A stretch of DNA of 48,187 bases from Nanobdellota archaeon. GTDB lineage: Archaea; Nanobdellota; Nanobdellia; Parvarchaeales; Parvarchaeaceae. Location of the stretch: positions 1 to 48,187 of the forward strand of contig JAJZXE010000004.1 in the NCBI GenBank assembly GCA_021802505.1, given 5' to 3'. The notes below the pieces were generated by a model. The model was not told the DNA's origin. It saw nothing but the letters and a program-made list of their open reading frames with translations, and ran no database searches. The first letter of the stretch is position 1, and each line of letters opens with the position of its first letter. Made by a program: the position numbers and the translations under genes. Below are positions 35,222 to 42,611 of this stretch, in pieces.

Positions 35222-36826
35222 ATGCAGACAAAGTTCGTAGTTGTTCTCGGATCGATAATGAGCGGTTTGGGCAAGGGCGTCGTATCCTCATCCATAATGA
35301 AGATTTTGGACATGTACGATTTTAAGGTTCTCCCGATAAAATTTGACGGCTATCTTAATTACGACTGCGGCACGATGAACCCATACCGTCACGGCGAGGT
35401 ATTTGTTCTTGATGACAAGGGAGAGGTCGATATGGACTTTGGAACGTATGAACGTTTTCTCAACCGCAGTCTGACCAGCAGTTCGTCGATAACCGGAGGA
35501 AAATTATTCGGAGAGATAATAGAAAAAGAAAGAAAGGGGGAATACTTAGGTGAAGATGTGCAGGTTATCCCCCACCTGACAAACGAAATACAGCAGAAGG
35601 TAAAAAACTTCGCAGCTAAAAACAAACTGGATTTCGTGGTCATAGAAGTCGGCGGCACGGTCGGCGATCTGGAAAACGGATATTTTATAGAGGCTATGCG
35701 GCAGCTTTCCTTGAAAGAGCAGGTCGTCTTCATTGACGTTACATATATTCCCAGGTTAAAGACCGTCGGAGAGCAGAAAACAAAGCCCACGCAGTCCGCG
35801 TTCAGAGCTTTAATGGCCGTGGGTATAAACCCTGATTTTTTGATCTGCAGGACAGATGGGGAGATGGATGAGAACATTAAAAGGAAGCTATCCATGTTTA
35901 CCAGTCTCGCAGAGGATCGTATAATAAACGATCCGGATATGGATTCACCGTATCAACTGCCCCTGTATCTTATAAACCAGAAATTTGACAGGATACTCCT
36001 GCATTCATTTGATGCGGATAACAAGAGGATAAACCTGAATAAACTTAAAAGATGGAATGAAAATGTCGATAACATAATCAGAAAGGACGGTAAAAAATTT
36101 ACGGTGGCAGTAGTCGGTAAATACGTCGAATTGAAAGATTCCTACGTAAGCGTAAAAGAGGCTCTAATGCACGCAGCCGGCAGGTTATCCGTCAATCTTG
36201 ATGTAAAATGGATAGAGTCCGAGCTGCTGGAAAGGAACAGTCCGGAAGAATCTTTAAAAGATGTTGACGGGGTAATAGTTCCGGGCGGTTTCGGTAAAAG
36301 AGGCATAGAAGGCATGATCTCCGCCATAAAGTATGCAAGAGAGAATAAACTGCCTTATCTGGGATTATGCTTGGGTATGCAGTTAATGACTGTGGAATTT
36401 GCAAGAAACGCATGCAACATGAAGGGAGCAAACTCGACGGAATTCAATGCGGATACAAAATACAATGTTATAGATATTCTTCCGTCTCAACTTTCCGTTA
36501 CGCAGAAAGGAGGCACCATGCGTCTAGGGTCATGGGAGATGGTGATAAGTGATAAAAATTCGATAGCCTTCGCTTCTTACGGTAAAAAATCAGTTTCGGA
36601 AAGGCACAGGCACAGGTATGAGCTTAATAACAAATTCAGGAGCATTCTTAATAAAAACGGGTTAAAGATAACAGCAACAACAAGAGACGGAAAATTGGTG
36701 GAGATAATAGAATGGAAAGATGGATTCGGTGTGGCTACGCAGGCACACCCGGAGCTAAAATCCAGGATAGAGCAGCCCGCTCCCCTGTTTTTGTCTTTTT
36801 TAAAAGCCGTCAAATCAAGAAAATAA
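35222..36826 (+). CDS. pyrG: CTP synthase
   Basis: 534 aa. N-terminal synthetase domain (VVLGSIMSGLGKG) and C-terminal glutaminase domain (GLCLGMQ, HRHRYE). Confidence 0.95.
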   Translation: MQTKFVVVLGSIMSGLGKGVVSSSIMKILDMYDFKVLPIKFDGYLNYDCGTMNPYRHGEVFVLDDKGEVDMDFGTYERFLNRSLTSSSSITGGKLFGEIIEKERKGEYLGEDVQVIPHLTNEIQQKVKNFAAKNKLDFVVIEVGGTVGDLENGYFIEAMRQLSLKEQVVFIDVTYIPRLKTVGEQKTKPTQSAFRALMAVGINPDFLICRTDGEMDENIKRKLSMFTSLAEDRIINDPDMDSPYQLPLYLINQKFDRILLHSFDADNKRINLNKLKRWNENVDNIIRKDGKKFTVAVVGKYVELKDSYVSVKEALMHAAGRLSVNLDVKWIESELLERNSPEESLKDVDGVIVPGGFGKRGIEGMISAIKYARENKLPYLGLCLGMQLMTVEFARNACNMKGANSTEFNADTKYNVIDILPSQLSVTQKGGTMRLGSWEMVISDKNSIAFASYGKKSVSERHRHRYELNNKFRSILNKNGLKITATTRDGKLVEIIEWKDGFGVATQAHPELKSRIEQPAPLFLSFLKAVKSRK

Positions 36827-36828
36827 AA

Positions 36829-36837
36829 TTATAAATA
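36829..36837 (+). promoter_or_regulatory. TATA-box-like element TTATAAATA, about 26 nt upstream of the micropeptide ATG
   Basis: The sequence and spacing fit an archaeal promoter driving a leaderless transcript that starts at or near 36859. Confidence 0.4.
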
Positions 36838-36858
36838 CTAATTCAGCGTAACTCTGGT

Positions 36859-36927
36859 ATGGCAGAAGAAGAAAAAGAAGAAAAATGCGGCTGCGGGTGC
36901 GGATGCAATTGCGGCTGCTCCGATTAA
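36859..36927 (+). CDS. 22-aa Cys-rich micropeptide MAEEEKEEKCGCGCGCNCGCSD (metallothionein-like candidate)
   Basis: ATG...TAA ORF below the ORF-track size cutoff, with its own TATA-like box. The TGC-GGN hexamer repeat varies only at Gly third positions (GGC/GGG/GGA/GGC) plus one AAT, which is the pattern expected under peptide-level constraint. Confidence 0.45.
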   Translation: MAEEEKEEKCGCGCGCNCGCSD

Positions 36928-36997
36928 TACTATAGCATTTTGTTTGAAAAATTGCAAACACTTATAAGTGATGAGCTGTTTAATACTGTGTGGTTTT

Positions 36998-37231
36998 ATG
37001 GCCTACAAATTTTCTTGCAGAGCAACCGGCCTTGACTGCGATTTTACGGCAGAAGCTGGGACGATGGACGAGCTTATGCCTAAGGTTGCAGAACACGGCA
37101 AGCAGGCCCATGGCATGGAGCAGATCTCAGATGAGACTATGCAAAAAGTCAAGGCTGCAATAACTGAGGAGCCAAGCAGTGAATCTGCCGGCAGCGAAGA
37201 AAAGGCTGACGAGACTTCTGGCAATCAGTAA
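36998..37231 (+). CDS. DUF1059-family small metal-binding protein
   Basis: MAYKFSCRATGLDCDFTAEAGTMDELMPKVAEHGKQAHGME matches the DUF1059 pattern (FxC...C.F......E.l...v..H....HG). It has an acidic C-terminal tail. ATG 36998 is preferred to GTG 36968. Confidence 0.7.
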   Translation: MAYKFSCRATGLDCDFTAEAGTMDELMPKVAEHGKQAHGMEQISDETMQKVKAAITEEPSSESAGSEEKADETSGNQ

Positions 37232-37245
37232 AAAAACTTTTTTTT

Positions 37246-37263
37246 AGGGGTTTTTTACCCCCT
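37246..37263 (+). terminator. hairpin AGGGG-TTTTTTA-CCCCT followed by a T-run
   Basis: Read directly downstream of the DUF1059 gene stop. Followed by TATTTTTTT. Confidence 0.45.
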
Positions 37264-37307
37264 TATTTTTTTAAAAGTATTTATATCCGTTCTAATCTAT
37301 AAAAAAA

Positions 37308-37793
37308 ATGGAAACTAAGCCTGATTCATACCTGGAAAGAACGCTTTTGTCGGCAGGTATGTCAATTGAAGAAGCCTCCTATTTGGAGGGCAGACTTTCA
37401 AAGTTTAGTTATCCTGGACATATAGCCGATAAAATAGTGTCGTACAAGAAAGGTCTCAAAAAAGACAGGAAATCGTTTTATAAGAAAGCGGTGGAAATGA
37501 TAAGCAGGTACGATTTCCCCGATTCCGTTGCTTATTTACTGGATAATATGTATTCGGTCAAAAAAAGAGATCTGCTTGGGACACTGGACGTGATCGGCAG
37601 CGACTATGTTTCAGAATATGTTAATTTCTTGGATATTGCCTATAAACGTTCCAAAGGCACAGAATTCCTTAAAGAGCTGTTTTCTTTGGATAAAATAGAC
37701 AGCGATTCAGCGAAAAACCTGATAAAAAGGGACGTTGAGAAGAGGGAAATAAAGGACGTGCTGCCAAAGGAAATAATTTCTATTCTTTATTGA
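37308..37793 (+). CDS. hypothetical protein
   Basis: 161-aa ORF with an ATG start. No motif recognised. Confidence 0.45.
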   Translation: METKPDSYLERTLLSAGMSIEEASYLEGRLSKFSYPGHIADKIVSYKKGLKKDRKSFYKKAVEMISRYDFPDSVAYLLDNMYSVKKRDLLGTLDVIGSDYVSEYVNFLDIAYKRSKGTEFLKELFSLDKIDSDSAKNLIKRDVEKREIKDVLPKEIISILY

Positions 37794-38097
37794 GTTTGTC
37801 TTTATTTTTTATATATACATTTCTGACTTTAAGCATGTGTTTGCACGGCATACCGTAATACCTGAAGGATTCACACGTGCAGCTGCCGCTTATCAGGTAC
37901 ATCGAGCTTGGCAGATATTCCACTTCTACTTTATGAAAATAACCCTTTCTTGTCTCGCTTTCCGAATAAGCGGAGATATCAACCGCTCTTCCTTTTACGT
38001 TCAATCCGTATATTCTCGTGTTTTTATCGCTTGAAATCATCAGGGGAGAGCCTATTATATCCTCTAATTTATACCCCCTCGTTTCCTGTTTTTCCAT
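37780..38097 (-). CDS. SWIM zinc-finger protein
   Basis: CTCESFRYYGMPCKH is the CxCx(n)CxH SWIM signature. 105 aa. Confidence 0.65.
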   Translation of the reverse strand: MEKQETRGYKLEDIIGSPLMISSDKNTRIYGLNVKGRAVDISAYSESETRKGYFHKVEVEYLPSSMYLISGSCTCESFRYYGMPCKHMLKVRNVYIKNKDKLNKE

Positions 38098-38127
38098 TGT
38101 CTTTTTATTCTTTTATGATTTAAATAT

Positions 38128-39150
38128 CTAAAATTTTATGATTTTTACGCCGTTTACCCTGCTTTTCTTAAGGTCATTAAGGGCGGAATTTATATCCTCT
38201 AGTTTTATGAGGTCATAAACCGGTTTTATCCCGAGGTTCGCCGCGAGTCTTAGATACTCACGCATGTCTTCCCGTGTGTACGATTCTACGGAGAGCAGCG
38301 TTTTTTCATGGAATAACTGCGAATCATAATCTATTTTTATTTCACCGTCTATGTGTATCCCCGATACTACGACCCTGCCACCCGGTTTTATTATTTTTAA
38401 TGCATTCATTACAGGTACGGCGGAAGGCGCAAAAACTATCGCATTCTCTATATCTTTATCCTTCAAACCCTGATAAATATCCCCTTCCTTCGGAGAAAGC
38501 GTAAAATCAGCTCCTAAGTCACCGGCGAGTTTGAGGTGCTCTTCATTTCTGCTTACTATTACCACTTTATAACCAAGTCTCTTTGCCAGCTGCAGTGTCA
38601 AATGAGCCGAACCGCCGAATCCAAACATTGCAAGCGTGCTTCCCGGCGAAGCATTAGCTAATTTGAAGGAGCGGTAGCCTATCGCTCCGGAACATAGCAG
38701 CGGCGCAATTTCCTCGTTTTTTAACTGAACAGGTAACTGAAATACGAACCTGCTGTCCGCTATCATATACTGAGAATAGCCGCCATTCCTCGAGAAACCG
38801 GTAAATTGTTTGTTTTCACACAGGTTTTCCCTGCCGCTTAAACAGTATTCACAGTTTCCGCACGAGTTGTAGAGCCAGGCAACGCCGACCCTTTCCCCGA
38901 TGTTTAAATTTTTCACTTCCCTGCCCTTTCCGGAAATTATACCCACTATCTCATGTCCCGGTATTACATTTTTTAGGTTGTTGTCAAGCTCTCCCTCTAT
39001 CACATGCAGATCAGTTCTGCACACTCCGCACACATCTACTTTTATAAGCAATTCATTGTCTCTTAGTTCCGGTAAATCAATTTCCTTTATCTTCAGGGGA
39101 TTTTCCCCTATCTTTCCGGTTTTTTCCAGGATGGCTGCCTTTACTTTCAT
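38128..39150 (-). CDS. adh: zinc-dependent alcohol dehydrogenase
   Basis: GVCRTDLHV, GHEIVG, structural zinc CGNCEYCLSGRENLC, and a GFGGSAH nucleotide-binding fold. Confidence 0.9.
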   Translation of the reverse strand: MKVKAAILEKTGKIGENPLKIKEIDLPELRDNELLIKVDVCGVCRTDLHVIEGELDNNLKNVIPGHEIVGIISGKGREVKNLNIGERVGVAWLYNSCGNCEYCLSGRENLCENKQFTGFSRNGGYSQYMIADSRFVFQLPVQLKNEEIAPLLCSGAIGYRSFKLANASPGSTLAMFGFGGSAHLTLQLAKRLGYKVVIVSRNEEHLKLAGDLGADFTLSPKEGDIYQGLKDKDIENAIVFAPSAVPVMNALKIIKPGGRVVVSGIHIDGEIKIDYDSQLFHEKTLLSVESYTREDMREYLRLAANLGIKPVYDLIKLEDINSALNDLKKSRVNGVKIIKF

Positions 39151-39222
39151 ACTAGTTATAATATATAAATAGAATTAATACTTGAATGAAAAGTTTAATA
39201 TCTAAGTAGGATTAATTATTGA

Positions 39223-40977
39223 ATGCCTTTAAGCTTTGCGGATTTTAAGGATATTGGATTTATAAGCAACCAGCTGACAAGCTCGCTTATAGACAAGAAT
39301 GGAGACATATTATGGCTCTGTTTTCCAAAGTTTGATTCCGATCCGCCAATCGCTTATATACTGGATGAAAATAACGGCGGCAGGTTCAGATTAAGTCCAC
39401 CGGTCCAATTTTCATCCGAGCATAAGTATACCGCACCGAATGTTCTGCATACAAGCTTTAAGACCATAGAGGGAAGCGCCGATATCGACGATTTTTTGAT
39501 ACCCGGGAAAGCAATATTCATAAGGAATATAAATTCACAGATTAAAATGCAGCTTACTTTCAAGCCGCTGTTCAATTTAAACCAGAACAATTTTAATTAT
39601 TCAGAAAACGACGGCAGAATAATATTTGACGGCAAGAACGGAAAGGGAAGACTCGTTTTGGAAATAAACGGGGTATACGAGAAAAAGGGAGATTACACCT
39701 GGGAGATAAGTCCCGGGTTATGTCAGATAATGCTTTCCTATTATCCATCCGCGGAAGTCTACGAGTTGGAGGGTAAAAACAATCTTCTGGCAAACATGTC
39801 AAAGGCTTTGGAATCTACAATAAATTACTGGGGCTCATATACGGAGAAGATAAAACTGAATTTAAGCGGCAGCAAATTGGAGGAATTTAATTCTATTTTT
39901 AAAACGTCCGTTTTTACGATACTCGGCTTGATTTATTCTCCGACCGGCAGTATAATAGCCGCCCCTACGGCTTCCCTGCCAGAAGACCCTGGCGGGAACA
40001 GGAATTGGGATTACAGATACGTATGGGTGAGGGATTCTTCAATAATGGCTTCCGCCCTCTGTAATGCAGGTTTGGAAATAGACGGCAGGAGGGCCCTGGA
40101 ATTTTTATTCAGCATGATCGACTATTCCGGCAAGCCGCTCTATAATCTGTATAAGGCGGACGGTACAAAAATTTACGGCGAGAAATACATAGACTCTCTG
40201 CAGGGATTTATGAACTCTAAACCGGTGAGGGTAGGCAACCGTGCGACCAATCAGATCCAGCTGGATATAGAGGGAGAGTTTTTATACGCGGTAAAGAGCT
40301 ATTTTGATGTTACTAACGATAAGGAATTCATACAGAATCATATTAAAGCCATAGAATACATCGCAGACTGGCTGTCAGACAACTGGCAGCTCGCGGATTC
40401 GGGCATATGGGAAAAGCCGGAAGACCACGAATACACACATTCAAAAGTGATGATATGGTCGGCTCTGGAAAGCGCGGGAAACATGGTCACGATGCTGGGC
40501 GGGAATGACCGGTGGAATGATACTAGGAATGAAATAAAAAGATGGATAATGTCAAACTGCGTCAGGGATGGCTGTTTTGTAACGTTCCCAAAAAGCAGCG
40601 AAGTCGATGCAACTGCTTTATCTTTTCCCCTTTATGGTTTTGTTAGTGTAACTGATCCGATATTCGTTAAAACCCTTAAAATAATTGAAAAAACGCTCGT
40701 TGTAAAGGGATTTGTTTATAGGTATAATTTTGATCCACTGGGAAAAGCAAATCATGCTTTTGTTCTCTGTTCCATGTGGCTTGCTTCGGTTTATTCAAAG
40801 ATGGACAGAGATAACGATGCAGTAAAAGTACTTGAAAACGTGAAGAGCATAACCGGGCCGAACAATTTAATCGGAGAGGATGTAGATGTGCACAACAAAG
40901 TTTTCACAGGCAATTTCCCGCAGGGCTTTGTGCACGCGAGTTTTATAACTGCCATCACTGACATGTTTAAAAAATAA
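39223..40977 (+). CDS. glycoside hydrolase family 15 (glucoamylase/trehalase-like)
   Basis: NWDYRYVWVRDSS and (alpha/alpha)6-type C-terminal motifs. 584 aa. Confidence 0.88.
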   Translation: MPLSFADFKDIGFISNQLTSSLIDKNGDILWLCFPKFDSDPPIAYILDENNGGRFRLSPPVQFSSEHKYTAPNVLHTSFKTIEGSADIDDFLIPGKAIFIRNINSQIKMQLTFKPLFNLNQNNFNYSENDGRIIFDGKNGKGRLVLEINGVYEKKGDYTWEISPGLCQIMLSYYPSAEVYELEGKNNLLANMSKALESTINYWGSYTEKIKLNLSGSKLEEFNSIFKTSVFTILGLIYSPTGSIIAAPTASLPEDPGGNRNWDYRYVWVRDSSIMASALCNAGLEIDGRRALEFLFSMIDYSGKPLYNLYKADGTKIYGEKYIDSLQGFMNSKPVRVGNRATNQIQLDIEGEFLYAVKSYFDVTNDKEFIQNHIKAIEYIADWLSDNWQLADSGIWEKPEDHEYTHSKVMIWSALESAGNMVTMLGGNDRWNDTRNEIKRWIMSNCVRDGCFVTFPKSSEVDATALSFPLYGFVSVTDPIFVKTLKIIEKTLVVKGFVYRYNFDPLGKANHAFVLCSMWLASVYSKMDRDNDAVKVLENVKSITGPNNLIGEDVDVHNKVFTGNFPQGFVHASFITAITDMFKK

Positions 40978-41244
40978 TTAATGTTTAACTTATTCTTTGT
41001 TTATTGGTTTTATGTTTTGAGTCCTTTCTTACACATTAACTTTATTTAATTAGCAGCAGAAAACATCAACAGGAAGAATTGCTTATTTTAGAGATTTTTA
41101 ACGATTTTTTAAAAGCGAGCAGTATCTCCTTATAAATTTATAACATTGATAAATGGGACTTACACTGCCTGAGGGAAAAAAATAGGACGCCGCTAAGTTT
41201 AAGTTCGTTTCGATGCCGCCGTTTCGGATGCGGCGGCAGGCGCG

Positions 41245-42321
41245 TCATCCCGCTTTCTTCTCAGCTTTCCTTACCTTAGCATTGCTTGCTTCGTAAAGCT
41301 CTATCACGAAGCTCTTGAAGCTCATGTCCCGTTTGTACAGCACGTTCCATAACGTCTGCAGGAGTTGTTCATAGACGAAATAGAAGAACCTTATCTTGAT
41401 CTCAGTGGACTTGGATTTTATCGTAGCTTCGTCCTGGACGCGGAAACCTGTCTCGATGCCCCATCTCTGCTTGTAAGTCTGGATGATGTTTTCAAGGTCG
41501 ACGTCGTCGACGTTGGTAGCGAAGCACCAGTCGAACTTCTTTCCGTTAGAAGGATCAACTATCCTCTTGAGCAGAGCGAGCGTAGTCTCCCCTTCCTTCT
41601 TCTCGCCGTTCGAATCCGTGAACTCGAACGCATGTCTCAGTTTTAACTTCTGGTCTTTTTCCATCTTCTCCAGTTCTTCCTTTACGTTCTCCTTCTTGGG
41701 CACGAACATCAGATAAGGATAGTTTGCGGAGCTCAAAGCCCAGAGCAGCTCCTTCGAATAGAACCCTCTGTCGAACAGTAACAGTTTGACGGACTTGACC
41801 AAAGGCTTGAGCAGCGAAAGGCAGAAAAGCACGTCTCTAGCCATGAATCCGCCCATTTCTACGGGTATCGTCAACAGCGGTATCTTCTCTTTGTTTTCGT
41901 AACCAACCATGGCACAGGTAAGGAACTTGAACTTTCCGGTGACGGCGTTCTCTCCAGTCCATCCGTGGATCCATCTTCCGCCGATCTCGCCGTAGAAATC
42001 CTCGTCTGTGTAATCAAAAGCCAGGACGACCTCCCTTTCGTTAAGGTTTATCCTGCTCCCTACGATCTTAAGACTTCTCAGGTAGCTGCCGTAGACGTCT
42101 TCCACATCAACCGCTTTTATCGCCAGATGCAGACTGTCGGCTTTGTCCCCGACCGTCTCGACGTAGGTGTTCGCCATCGCTGCCTTTAGCAGGTCCCTGT
42201 CGTAATGAAAACCGGACGGCGCTTTTTCCCGGTCAAGGTCCAGCGCCACGTCCACGAACAGGTCGACGGTCTTGGTCGTCTTGAACAGCTCCCTGGCAAG
42301 CGTCTTCTCGTCCATGCTCAT
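41245..42321 (-). CDS. DDE transposase (IS4/IS5 superfamily, DDE_Tnp_1-like)
   Basis: Candidate DDE residues lie in LAFDYTDEDF, LLFDRGFYS and YKQRWGIETGFRVQDE..K (Y-x2-R-x3-E-x6-K-like). 358 aa. Confidence 0.85.
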   Translation of the reverse strand: MSMDEKTLARELFKTTKTVDLFVDVALDLDREKAPSGFHYDRDLLKAAMANTYVETVGDKADSLHLAIKAVDVEDVYGSYLRSLKIVGSRINLNEREVVLAFDYTDEDFYGEIGGRWIHGWTGENAVTGKFKFLTCAMVGYENKEKIPLLTIPVEMGGFMARDVLFCLSLLKPLVKSVKLLLFDRGFYSKELLWALSSANYPYLMFVPKKENVKEELEKMEKDQKLKLRHAFEFTDSNGEKKEGETTLALLKRIVDPSNGKKFDWCFATNVDDVDLENIIQTYKQRWGIETGFRVQDEATIKSKSTEIKIRFFYFVYEQLLQTLWNVLYKRDMSFKSFVIELYEASNAKVRKAEKKAG

Positions 42322-42470
42322 ATTATCACGAGGTAAACAGTCCTTCCGAGGTATCTTTTCGGGCAGTCCACCTTTGCGGACGTGCCGAACTTAGTGACTT
42401 TCCTGAGCATGAACGCCTTCACGTTCTTTATCTCTACCTTATTCGCTATCTTCACGTCGACCTTTCTCAT
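42318..42470 (-). CDS. small IS-encoded protein (AbrB/SpoVT-like or DUF2080-like putative transposon protein)
   Basis: The 50-aa form MRKVDVKIANKVEIKNVKAFMLRKVTKFGTSAKVDCPKRYLGRTVYLVII starts at ATG 42470. ATGA overlap with the transposase start. The family call is from memory and is tentative. Confidence 0.45.
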   Translation of the reverse strand: MRKVDVKIANKVEIKNVKAFMLRKVTKFGTSAKVDCPKRYLGRTVYLVII

Positions 42471-42611
42471 AAGATATCTAATAGATATCTTAATATAAAA
42501 GTCATATTTGTATATATTTTTACTCAAGTTTAGTAATAAAATCACTTAAAATAGCCCATTTTCAGGAGATACTGGCGAAAGCTTTAAATATAATTAACTT
42601 TATTTGTAAAT

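Larger units (their letters stand above)
41120..42574. mobile_element. insertion sequence (about 1.46 kb) with IS4/IS5-superfamily DDE transposase and a small upstream ORF
   Basis: An 11-bp perfect terminal inverted repeat: CAGTATCTCCT at 41120-41130 and AGGAGATACTG at 42564-42574. Internal G+C is about 50% (line 41461-41520 is 30/60). GCGA flanks both ends, offset by 1 nt on the left. Confidence 0.6.
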
